A DNA stretch of 40,981 bases from Octopus bimaculoides. Taxonomy: Eukaryota. How positions within the stretch are numbered: the first letter of the stretch is position 1; each line of letters begins with the position of its first letter. Made by a program: the position numbers and the translations under genes. Location of the stretch: NCBI RefSeq assembly GCF_001194135.2, contig NC_069007.1, forward strand, positions 11,037,701-11,078,681, written 5' to 3'. Under the pieces are notes generated by a model. The model saw nothing but the letters and a program-made list of their open reading frames with translations, was not told the origin of the DNA and did no database searches. Shown here piece by piece: positions 1-11,398 of this stretch.

Positions 1-458
1 AGGTGATACCTTTGGAGTCAAAATTTTGGAGTTGGATGAATTTTTGTAGCCTTTGGGGAAGCTTGAAAATTAAGTTATAAATATATTTATATACATGGAA
101 GATTGTATTGTGTAACACATACACATATATACACTCACACACACATATTGTATATAATTATTAATTCCAACTGAGACTAGCCACTTGTAGCAATGTTATT
201 GCTACAAGTTACAAATTCACTTGGAATAAATACACAACTAGGTTCTAACTTGTAATTGAGTGCTTTAAAGTTATTGCTTCGACAAATACACACACACACA
301 TCAACGACATTGTTTTGATGTCCACCTTTCTATACATACTCTTTACTCTTTTACTTGTTTAGAGATCAAATGGAACTCATTGAGATTTTCTTTGGTCAGA
401 TGCCCTTCTTGTCACCAACACAATTTTTTGAGTTTACACAATTTATTAATTGTAACAC

Positions 459-1011
459 CATCATCATCATCATCGTTTAATGTCCGCTTTCCATGCTAGC
501 ATGGGTTGGGCGATTTGACTGAGGACTGGTGAACCAGATGGCTGCACCAATCTGATCTGGCAGAGTTTCTACAGCTGGATGCTCTTCCTAATGCCAACCA
601 CTCCAAGAGTGTAGTGGGTGCTTTTACATGCCACCGGCACAAGAGCCAGTCACACGGTACTGGCAACAGCCATGCTCAAAATGGTGTTTTTTATGTGACG
701 CCTGCACAGGAACCAGTCCAGCGGCACTGGCAACGACCTCGCTCGAATGATTTCCTAACATGCCACCGGCACAAGTGCCAGTAAGGCGACGCTGGTAACG
801 ATCACGCTCAAATGGTGCTATTTACGGGCCACTAGCAAGGAACCCAGACAGCTGCTCTGGCAATGATCATGCTCGGACGGTGCTGTTAGTGCTCCACTGA
901 CACAGGTGCCAGTCATCGAATATGGTTCAATTACGATTTCAATTTCACTTGCCCCAACAGGTCTTCGCAAGCAGAGTTTAGTGTCCAATGAAGGAGAGGT
1001 TGGCATGGGTG
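459..1011 (-). mobile_element. RTE-clade LINE 3' UTR and (GAT)n tail, runs into N gap
   Basis: Plus strand reads catcatcatcgtttaatgtccgctttccatgctagcatgggttgg..., near-identical to the 3' end of the RT-bearing copies at 5936 and 38879. Confidence 0.9.
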
Positions 1012-1565
1012 NNNNNNNNNNNNNNNNNNNNNNNNNNNNNNNNNNNNNNNNNNNNNNNNNNNNNNNNNNNNNNNNNNNNNNNNNNNNNNNNNNNNNNNNN
1101 NNNNNNNNNNNNNNNNNNNNNNNNNNNNNNNNNNNNNNNNNNNNNNNNNNNNNNNNNNNNNNNNNNNNNNNNNNNNNNNNNNNNNNNNNNNNNNNNNNNN
1201 NNNNNNNNNNNNNNNNNNNNNNNNNNNNNNNNNNNNNNNNNNNNNNNNNNNNNNNNNNNNNNNNNNNNNNNNNNNNNNNNNNNNNNNNNNNNNNNNNNNN
1301 NNNNNNNNNNNNNNNNNNNNNNNNNNNNNNNNNNNNNNNNNNNNNNNNNNNNNNNNNNNNNNNNNNNNNNNNNNNNNNNNNNNNNNNNNNNNNNNNNNNN
1401 NNNNNNNNNNNNNNNNNNNNNNNNNNNNNNNNNNNNNNNNNNNNNNNNNNNNNNNNNNNNNNNNNNNNNNNNNNNNNNNNNNNNNNNNNNNNNNNNNNNN
1501 NNNNNNNNNNNNNNNNNNNNNNNNNNNNNNNNNNNNNNNNNNNNNNNNNNNNNNNNNNNNNNNNN

Positions 1566-1850
1566 ATATATATACACATATGTATACATATATATATATC
1601 TATATATATATATATATATACACATATGTATACATATATATATATCTATATATATATATATATATATACACATATGTATACATATATATATATCTATATA
1701 TAATATATACATACATATATGTATATCTATATATAATATATACATACTTATATATATATATGTATATCTATATATAATATATACATACTTATATATATAT
1801 ATATATATCTATATATATAGACACACACATACACACACATATATGAAGCA
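1566..1850. repeat. Compound (TA)n/(CA)n microsatellite with higher-order repeats
   Basis: tatacacatatgtatacatatatatatctata-type blocks repeated about 3 times next to a gap. Confidence 0.9.
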
Positions 1851-2459
1851 TTAATTAAGATACATATACACTTACATATAATCATGTCCATGACCACCCA
1901 CCAGCTACCTAAATCTCTCCCCACACACCCATATACACTCACTGAGTGAAAATCATTAATTTTGCTCTTTTTCTTTCCCTTTTTTTTATTATTCCTGTTT
2001 TCTCCCTCATTAATCTTCGTAATCCTGGCAAAGTGTGAATTTAGCCACCATATTGCAGCCTGATTGGGAGACCCACTGCTTCCCTCCCCACCAGCATATT
2101 ATCCTAGAAAGAAGCAAAAAGTGAAGAGGGGGAAAAAAAGATGTAGAACTGTAAGTAACTGGTACTTTAAAACACTGTAAATGAGATTACATTCCAATTA
2201 TGTGCTGATTAACTACTTATAATTAATTAACACACTAGATAGATTACTTGAGATTGTGGTGATGGTTGCAATGGAGTGGGTGCACAGAAACTTATTGATG
2301 TGTTTTTTGTCTTGTTTCTTTTTTTTTTTATATGTATATTTTGTTCTTAACTGTTTGCATCGGAAAGTATTTGGTATTTAGGAAAGCTCACGCTAAAACA
2401 CCTACACGCACACACACATGCACCCCCACACATACGTGGGTGGGTGTGTGTTAGTATTC

Positions 2460-2492
2460 ATTTATGTGTATCTGTTTCTGTATATGTGTGTG

Positions 2493-2528
<36 letters not shown>

Positions 2529-3080
2529 ATGTATGTATGTGTATATATATATATATATGTATATATGCATGTTTTTCTATATATATATATATATANNNNN
2601 NNNNNNNNNNNNNNNNNNNNNNNNNNNNNNNNNNNNNNNNNNNNNNNNNNNNNNNNNNNNNNNNNNNNNNNNNNNNNNNNNNNNNNNNNNNNNNNNNNNN
2701 NNNNNNNNNNNNNNNNNNNNNNNNNNNNNNNNNNNNNNNNNNNNNNNNNNNNNNNNNNNNNNNNNNNNNNNNNNNNNNNNNNNNNNNNNNNNNNNNNNNN
2801 NNNNNNNNNNNNNNNNNNNNNNNNNNNNNNNNNNNNNNNNNNNNNNNNNNNNNNNNNNNNNNNNNNNNNNNNNNNNNNNNNNNNNNNNNNNNNNNNNNNN
2901 NNNNNNNNNNNNNNNNNNNNNNNNNNNNNNNNNNNNNNNNNNNNNNNNNNNNNNNNNNNNNNNNNNNNNNNNNNNNNNNNNNNNNNNNNNNNNNNNNNNN
3001 NNNNNNNNNNNNNNNNNNNNNNNNNNNNNNNNNNNNNNNNNNNNNNNNNNNNNNNNNNNNNNNNNNNNNNNNNNNNNNNN

Positions 3081-3124
<44 letters not shown>

Positions 3125-3180
3125 TATGTATGTGTATGTATATATGTACATACATACATATATATATATATATATAGATA
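2460..3180. repeat. (TA)n/(TG)n microsatellite flanking assembly gap 2596-3080
   Basis: Direct reading of the sequence. Confidence 0.9.
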
Positions 3181-3319
3181 GACAGATAGTTGGATAGAGA
3201 GAAATATGTGTGCATAGACACACATGTAAAAATATTTATGTAAAAATAAAGGCAAATATATAACTGTATTGAGACGTAATATATATATGTACACATACAC
3301 TCACATCTACTATTGAAGT

Positions 3320-3625
3320 AATTGTCACTCCAGTGGTTATGATAGTAAGAATTCCAGTTGATTTGATCAACCGAATAGCTTACTGATGAAAACTAACTCA
3401 CAAGTGGCTGAGTACTCCATGGGCATGTTTACCTTCACATAAATCTCAGTGGGATTCAGCGTGACACAGTATGTGACAAGATTGCGTCTTTGAAATCCAA
3501 GTACTACACATTTTCACCAGCTGAATGGACTGGAGAAAGGTGAAATAAAGTGCCTTGCTCAAGGACACAATGACCTTTTGATCTCAAGCTGAATCTCCCT
3601 AACCACTTAGCCATGTGCTTCCCCC
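3320..3625 (-). mobile_element. tRNA-derived SINE, family C, with head deletion
   Basis: Minus strand gcacatggctaagtggttaggg (A-box) then gtgtccttgagcaagg; body matches 12292-12640 and 23632-23950. Confidence 0.75.
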
Positions 3626-4169
3626 TACAATTGAACTAGATGCACAGATACATACATTTATACATGTGTGTGTATATGTATATGCATATATATAACATAA
3701 ATATTATATATTTATATATACAGGGTTGTATGTATAAGTGTGTGTATACATATATATATGTATATATGTGTGTATATATATATAGAGAGAGAGAGAGACA
3801 GAGAGATATATGCATATACATGTATATATATATATATTTATGTTTATATGTGTATGAATACATATGTATGCATATACGTGGTATATATATATATAAGCTA
3901 TCCACACACACACACACACACACACACACAACTACACCATACACATACACCATACACATACACCAGCATGCAGAGTCTTAGTTAGCAATTAGTTTGTTGT
4001 GTCTCGTAGTCCTATTGATATGTAACACTTGATGTTGAGTTATGTAACCTGTGGCAGTGTTTATGGTAAGTCGTTACTCCTACTTAGTAGACTATGGTGT
4101 GTACACACACACACACACGCATATATATGTTTCTATATTATATATATCATGTTGTTGTTGGTGGTGGTG

Positions 4170-5060
4170 TTTTTGTTTAGCCTCAGGTCAGCCCTGATCG
4201 ACCAGACCTATAATCAAACAGATCCTATTCGTGACTAAAACATCATCTTATTTCTGTTTTTTTTTAAAAATTTTTTTAAGTATATCTCTGATTTACTTGA
4301 CTGTATATGTTCTGCGCCACTTTCAGGATAGTAAGGCTTAATTTGAGGGAGATTTGCCTATTATTTGTAGCAATATGGGATAGTTGTTGTTACTACTTAA
4401 CTCCTGGTCAAGTGAACAGACCTAAGCTCAAATATCAATCCACCTATAACCATCTTGATTTCTTAATCATCTCTGAGACTACATTGTCTGATATAGCATT
4501 CACTTTTCAAGTTGGTAAGGTGTTATTTGATGGAGATTTGGTTGCTATTACTAGCATGTTGAGTGACTGCATAAAGGCTAACTTTGTTATTGTTATTTAA
4601 TTGTAAGTTGACCCTAATCAAGCAGATCTTAGATCAAAGACATTCCAGCCTTGACCATCTTGTCTTTCTTAAGTTTATCTAGGACTTGCATTAGCTAACC
4701 TATCCTCTCTATTTTCCAAGACATTTAGGATTGAATGAGATTTGGCTGCTGTTTCTTGCAGTTTAAGAGAATATGCTAATGTTTTTAATTAGCCCCTGGT
4801 CAGTCTTGATGCAGTAAATCTATTATTAGAGGCATTCAGCAGTGATCGTACCATATTTTTGCAGGATTAGTGTATCTAGGACAACATTAATTAATGCATC
4901 TCTCTTTTAACAATGTAGTGTGTGATTTGAAGGAGATATAGCTGCTGTATCTAGCAAGTTGAGTGATCATGTAGAGCCTCACGTTATTGTTGTTTTTTAG
5001 TCTCAGATCTGACCTGAGTGATCATTGATCAAAGACATTCCATTCATGATCACTACATCC
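4170..5060 (+). repeat. About five head-to-tail degenerate copies of a ~190-220 bp unit
   Basis: Motif atttga(g/t/a)ggagatttggctgct..ctagca recurs at about 4340, 4525, 4733 and 4925; agcc(t/c)caggtcag-like starts at about 4179, 4400, 4600, 4790 and 4999. Confidence 0.75.
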
Positions 5061-5399
5061 TTTTTAAGTCACATTAAATAATTTTCGTTTTAATTTGACG
5101 TATCCTTTAGTTAGTTTGTGTTAGTGTTGTTGTTGTAGTCAGAATGAAGAGCAGTTTCTGACTGGTTAGTAAGTTACATACTGATGAATTTGTAAAAGTA
5201 AAGATTCATTAATTTCCTCCACACAGATATGCCCCTACCTCTTAAATTCTTATGCACTGATAATTTCTCCCTTTTTATTAAAAAAGTTCCCTTCTTCACT
5301 TGAAGAGGCTCTCTCAGTGATTTAATTAGATCTAGCCAAAAAAAGGCAACTGTTTTGTGTGTGTGTTCATTTGCAGACAGTTACACTGTGTCTTATGCT

Positions 5400-5640
5400 C
5401 ATGGTCAAAGCACTCAGATTCCCACAAGTTTGCTTGGATGCAATTTGGGCAGTGATATGTAAGTCCATTTACTTATGCTCTTGACTCAGATACAGTCAAG
5501 ATTAACTTTGTCTTTCCTGGGGTTGATAATAAAGTACCAGTTAAGTACTGGGGTCAATGTAATCAACTAATACTCTCCACTCAAAATTATTGGCTTGGCT
5601 TTGTGTCTAAATAAGAAACCATTATTATTATTATTATTAC
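5400..5640 (+). mobile_element. Degenerate SINE, family B, (ATT)n tail
   Basis: ggggttgataataaagtaccagttaagtactggggtcaatgtaatc core and gaaaccattattatt tail match 8622-8864. Confidence 0.65.
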
Positions 5641-5841
5641 TTGTAAGCTGTTCCAAGTCTCACCCAGAGACTTCAAGTAACACCGAGTTTGACATTTTAC
5701 TATGGGTGTTATTCATGATCAGCAATGATACAATGTCGGGGAAAGAGACCAGAATCTGAGAAGTGAGGTTCTGTTAAATTTGCAATCTTTCAGTTTTAAA
5801 AGAGTTTTACAAGAATCAGGTATTTCCATGTTGATAATGTT

Positions 5842-5934
5842 TACAGCAATCCCTTGACTATCGCAGGTGTTACATTCCAACCCCACCACCACGATAGGGG
5901 AAAATCTGCAAAGTAGAAACAGTATTGTACTGTA
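5842..5934 (+). mobile_element. pogo/Tigger-like DNA transposon terminal fragment
   Basis: TA|cagcaatcccttgactatcgcaggtgttacattcc resembles Tigger-type termini (CAGTAATCCCTCG..TATCGCG); recognised from memory. Confidence 0.5.
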
Positions 5935-5935
5935 T

Positions 5936-7576
5936 CATCATCATCATTGTTTAACGTCCGCTTTCCATGCTAGCATGGGTTGGACGGTTTGACTGAGGAC
6001 TGGCGAGCCAGATGGCTGCACGAGGCTCCAATCTGATCTGGCAGAGTTTCTACAGCTGGATGCCCTTCCTAATGCCAACCACTCCGAGAGTGTAGTGGAT
6101 GCTTTTACGTGCCACCGGCACAAGGGTCAGTCAGGTGGTACTGACAACAGCCACACTCAAATGGTGTTTTTTATGTGCCACCTGCATAGGAGCCAGTCCA
6201 GCGGCACTGGCAATGACCTTGCTCAAATGTTGTTTTTCACATGCCATCGGCACAAGTGCCAGTAAGGTGATGCTAGTAATGATCACGCTCGAATGGTGCT
6301 TTCTATGTGCCACCTGCATGGGAGCCAGTCAGCGGCCCTGGCAACGATCACACTTGGATGGTGCTCTTAGCGCTCCACTAGCATGGATGCCAGTCATGTG
6401 CTGTCATCGAATTTGATTTCGATTTCACTTGCCTCAACAGGTCTTCGCAAGCAGAGTTTAGTGTCCAATGAAGGAAAGGAACGCATTAGTGGGCTGGTTA
6501 CACCACTTGCATAGGCTACGAGTTACAACGGTCTCACTTGGCTTGCAGGGTCTTCTCAAGCACAGCATATTTCCAAAGGTTTTGGTCACTAGTCATTGTC
6601 TCGGTGAGGCCTAATATTTGAAGGTCGTGCTTCACCACCTCATCCCAGGTCTTCCTGGATCTACCTCTTCCACAGGTTCCCTCAACCGCTAGGGTGTGAC
6701 ACTTTTTCACACAGCTATCCTCATCCATTCTCACCACATGACCATACCAGCACAGTCGTCTCTTGCACACCACATCTGATGCTTCTTAGGTCCAACTTTC
6801 TCTCAAGGCACTTACACACTGTTGAGTATGCACACTGACATTGCACATCCAGCGGAGCATATTGGCTTCATTCCTTGCAAGCTTACACATGTCCTCAGCA
6901 GTCCATGTTTCACTGGCATGTAGCATGGCTGTTCGTACACATACATCATGCAGTCTACCTTTTACTCTGAGCAAGAGGTCATTTGTCACCAGCAGAGGTA
7001 AGAGCTCTCTGAACTTTGCCCAGGCTATTCTTATTCTAGCAGCTATACTTTCAGAGCACCCACCCTCGCTACTGACTTGGTCACCTAGGTAATGGAAGCT
7101 ATCAACTACTTGTTTTTCTTCCTGGAATGTGGCAGAAGTCGTACTCTGCACATTTTCAGTGCTTATTGTTCCTGAGCATCTGCCACATACAAAAGCTATC
7201 TTCCCAGTTAGCCTTCCTTTGATATTGCTGCACCTCTTATGTGTGCAGAGCTTACACTAGGTACATCTTATGGAGTTTCTACCTACGCCTTTTCTACAGA
7301 TTGAGCAGGGCCATCTACCTGAAGGGATTTGTGGTTTGTCTGCCTTCCTACTTCTTAGGATTTTGGTTTTAGCTAGGTTGACTCTAAGGCCCTTATATTC
7401 TAATCCTTGCTACCACACCTGAAAATTCTCTTGTTCTAGCAAAGTCATCAGCATAGAGGAGCTTCCTGGGGCATCCTGTCTTCAATTCCTCTGTTATTGC
7501 CTGGAAGACTATGATAAATAGGAGGGGGCTGAGGACTGAACCTTGGTGGACCCCTACCTCTACCCGGAATTCTTAC
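5936..7576 (-). mobile_element. 5'-truncated RTE-clade LINE with RT remnant, stops and frameshifts
   Basis: Translates EFRVEVGVHQG, NLAKTK, VVDSFHYLGDQ, RIRIAWAKFRELLPLL, RRLCWYGHVVRMDEDSCVK, GRGRSRKTW, then the 3' UTR and (GAT)n tail. Confidence 0.95.
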
Positions 7577-8533
7577 AATCTCCTTTGTCTATTTGTCTAT
7601 GTCATCAATCACAGTCCCTAATGCACCAAGTATCACAAGTACAATCTTCAGAGGTTTCATGTTCCATATCCTTGCTATCTCAAATTTGAAAGGGTTGTAT
7701 TTTTTCAACTTTTCATTTTCCTTGATCCCAATCCTGGAATCATCAACATGATGAATCAATCAGTATGCAAATTCGATTTTCTCTATTGATTACTGTAATA
7801 TCTAACTTGTTATATTCTACTTCTTAATCCATTTGAATTGGAAAACACCACAAAATCTTGCATATTTTAAACTCCCATTTCTGAAAAAGCTTCCAATGTA
7901 AAACTTCACTTGATCATGTCTCTATTTCTTATATTCTTCCTGGGCCAACTTGGAGCATTCTACAACGCTGTATGCCATTGTCTCATCCTAGGTTCCCTAA
8001 ACCCTACATTTCACTGACACCTTCACCCCATATATTTTCTCATAGTTTGAGACATTTTTCTTTACTGTTCTAGAAATAATCTAGAAGCTGTTTTCTTTCA
8101 TCTTCGCACACTCTTCCACACCAATTAAACCTCTTCCATTTTGTCCTATCTCTTCCAGTACAACCAGTTAATATCAGCTTTTGAATGATGGGCTCCATAC
8201 ATAGTTAACAGCTTCCTAGTTTTTCTATCAAGTTTCTGCATTTTGCCTTTTGTCCAGTTCACAATTCCAGCTCTGTATCTGATAAGTGACACTTCTCTTG
8301 AATTAATTGCTTCAATCACACTTCTTGAATTCAACCTTCCTCATTCTCCTTGTATACCTCCTACTTCATCGCTTCGTGTTTTATTTCATCTGTTTCCAGT
8401 ATTTCTAAATAATTATACTACTGTCCTTTCTCAACTGATCTCATTGTTTGCCCATTTGGCATTTCAGTTCCCTGGCTTCATTCAAATCTTCCCCCATTTC
8501 ATTATCAATATAGCACACTTTCCAATCCTGAAT
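7577..8533 (-). mobile_element. R4/Dong-like non-LTR retrotransposon fragment (RT end, CCHC finger, restriction-like endonuclease), pseudogenised
   Basis: FRIGKCAILIMK; AINSREVSLIRYRAGIVNWT..LDRKTRKLLTMYG; CRV*GT*DETMAYSVVEC (CCHC); KILWCFPIQMD..NKLDITVINRENRICILID..EKLKKYNPFKFEIARIWNMK..ILGALG (RLE). Confidence 0.85.
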
Positions 8534-8551
8534 TATCATCATCATCAGCAT

Positions 8552-8588
<37 letters not shown>

Positions 8589-8621
8589 GCTGCTGCTGCT
8601 ACTACTACTACTACTATTATT
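8534..8621. repeat. Compound trinucleotide microsatellite (CAT)/(TAC)/(TGC)/(TAT)
   Basis: Direct reading of the sequence. Confidence 0.9.
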
Positions 8622-8833
8622 AAGGTGGTGAGCTGGCAGAATCGTTAGCACGCTGGAGGAAATACTTATCAGTATTTCACCCATTGCTGTGTTCTGAGTT
8701 CAAGTTCCTCTGAGGTCGACTTTACCTTTCATCCTTTCTGGGTCTATAAATTAATACCAGTGAAATACTGGGTGTTGAGGTAATTGACTTATCTCTTCCT
8801 CAAAGTGGCTGCCCTTGTGGCAAAATTTAAAAC

Positions 8834-8864
<31 letters not shown>
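8622..8864 (+). mobile_element. tRNA-derived SINE, family B, (ATT)n tail
   Basis: A-box-like tggcagaatcgtta, B-box-like gagttcaagttcc, core ctttcatcctttc..taccagt..tactggg. Confidence 0.8.
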
Positions 8865-8866
<2 letters not shown>

Positions 8867-9125
8867 GGCGGCAAGCAAGCTGGTAGAATTGTTAGCACAC
8901 CGGGCGAAATATCTAACAGTGTCTTGTCCATCACTATGTTTTGAGTTCAAATTCTGCTGAGGTCAACTTTGCGTTTCATCCTTTCAGGGTCAATGTAATA
9001 AGTACCAGTTGAGTACTGGGGTTGATTTGATTTACTATCCCCCCCTCCCCAGATTTCAGGCCTTGTGCCTATAGTAGAAAGGATTCTTCTTCTTCTTCTT
9101 CTTCTTCTTCTTCTTCTTCTTCTTC
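8865..9125 (+). mobile_element. tRNA-derived SINE, family B, (CTT)n tail, directly after the previous copy
   Basis: Same head (gagttcaaattc) and core; begins immediately after the (ATT)n tail of 8622-8864. Confidence 0.8.
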
Positions 9126-9291
9126 CTATTATATATCCTCTGTTATAGCCTTTAATGTGGTAGTATCTCCCCTCGATTGATGTTAACCCCACATGTTTTA
9201 TTTGTTTTTTGTAAATTTTTTTTTTGTGCTGTAACTTGTCCTTCAATATTGTCCTCCATGCCTTCGGCTCTATTGGCCAATAAAAGAAACC

Positions 9292-9336
<45 letters not shown>

Positions 9337-9461
9337 ATAATATTGGTATTCAGGGTGATCTTGGATGGTAGGGTTCCTCGATCATCCCTAGAGGTCCTCC
9401 TGTATCATGGGGACCTCATCACTATTCCTTTTTGCTTTTCTTAGTGACATATACTAAATAT

Positions 9462-9872
9462 ACTCTTTTACTCTTTTACTTGTTTCAGTCATTTGACTGT
9501 GGCCATGCTGGAGCACCACCTTTAGTTGAGCAAATCGACCCCAGGACTTATTCTTTGGAAGCCTAGTACTTATTCTAGCGGTCACTTTTTCCAAACCGCT
9601 AAGTTACGGGGACGTAAACACACCAGCATCGGTTGTCAAGCGATGTTGGGGGGGGGGACAAACACAGACACGCAATGATATACACACACATACATACATA
9701 TATACATACATATGACAGGCTTCTTTCAGTTTCCGTCTACCAAATCCACTCACAAGGCTTTGGTTGGCCCGAGGCTATAGTAGAAGACACTTGCCCAAGG
9801 TGCCACACAGTGGGACTGAACCCGGAACCATGTAGTTGGTAAGCAAGCTACTTACCACACAGCCACTCCTAC
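9462..9872 (-). mobile_element. Full-length tRNA-derived SINE, family A (central microsatellite, GAGTAAAA-type tail)
   Basis: Minus strand aggagtggctgtgtggtaag (A-box) and ggttcagtccc (B-box); homologous to 14319, 16586, 18232, 24093, 27713 and 36755. Confidence 0.9.
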
Positions 9873-10224
9873 CCCTATACTTAATTCTTTTAATGTATGC
9901 TGTGTATACTTTTTTTTTATCATTCTATTATATGTAAAACCTTTCAGAGTCGATAAATTAAGTATCAGTGCCTTCCTGTTTTCATCCATTAGCTTTGTTT
10001 GTACGTGTGCATATGTGTGTGTGTGTGTGTATGTGCGTATAACCCAAGTTTCTTGTGTGTATGAGAAGTGAATGACAACTACCAAAATATGTTCTAACTG
10101 AAATGAGCAAAATGGAGATTAAAAAATGAAGTACATTTTGACAAATCACCAGATGAGACATATCTACATCTATGATGCCCGACAAGTCAAAATGATTGCA
10201 GGGAATAATAAAGAGTCGTGTGAA

Positions 10225-10560
10225 TTCCTGTTTCTTTCTCTCTCATATATATATATATATACACACATATATATATATACATACACACATACACACATAC
10301 ACACACACACATATATATACATACACACACACACATATATATACATACACACACACATATATATATATACATACATACACACACATATATACATACATGC
10401 ACACACACACACATATACATACATACACCCACACATATATACATACATACACCCACACATATATACATACATACGCACACACATATATACATATACATAC
10501 AAACATGTATATATATATATATATATATATATCAATATATATGTATGAGTGCACGTGTGT
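10225..10560. repeat. Compound (TA)/(CA) microsatellite
   Basis: Direct reading of the sequence. Confidence 0.9.
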
Positions 10561-11326
10561 ATGTGCAGTGTTTGTGCATATATCTTCTCAATCAAAAATA
10601 TGAAACATTCATAATCCATGAGTTTTGTAAAAATATTCATTTATGCAGGAATCTTGTGATTTAATGCCATCAGATATGAAAAACAATAAAGTGTAAATTT
10701 ACATTTGTTTACACCTAACATTTAACAATCCATTTCTGCCATGGCTATCTTGTAGATTTTGTAATATTTTCATGATACAATTTGTAAATTGCTTCCATAT
10801 GACATGCTCTGACTTTTAACAATAATCTTGAGCTGCTATGAAAAGAGATTCCTTGTTTTAAAAAACACTTTTTGATTAAAAAAAAAATGAGCTTTATGTT
10901 TGAAATGTTCAGCCATAAATTTTCAGTTGGTTTCAAGTTTAACAATTATGGGGGATGAAATAACTTTGAATTCACAGACAAACCTTTGATTAATGCCAAG
11001 TGAGTTAAGAGTAGCATATAGGAACATTAACAGTTTGGATTGAATTGTTGTGTAATATTTAGATGTTTTTGTTAGAATTTCTTTGTAATATTTGTCAGTG
11101 ATTAATATTTCATTCATAAATAAAATAATCCAGTCTTGTTTTGTGAAACATCACCTCATCATTAAATAGAGAATGTGCAGACCAACATGTTTGATTCGTT
11201 AACCACTATCACCACCATAATTATACAGAAAATGTGAGGTGAAGTTTGACTTAAATCTGTTTAAAACCACACAATTTTGTGTGAGCCTGTTGACATGCTT
11301 TGCAGCAAGTACAAACATCTTTGTGA

Positions 11327-11398
11327 GTACCCTGGCAAAAGTACCTTGGTAAAAGTACCTTGGCAAAAGTACCTTGGCAAAAGTACCTTGGCAAAAGT
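11327..11398. repeat. 14-bp minisatellite, 5 copies (gtaccttggcaaaa)
   Basis: Units start at 11327, 11341, 11355, 11369 and 11383. Confidence 0.95.
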
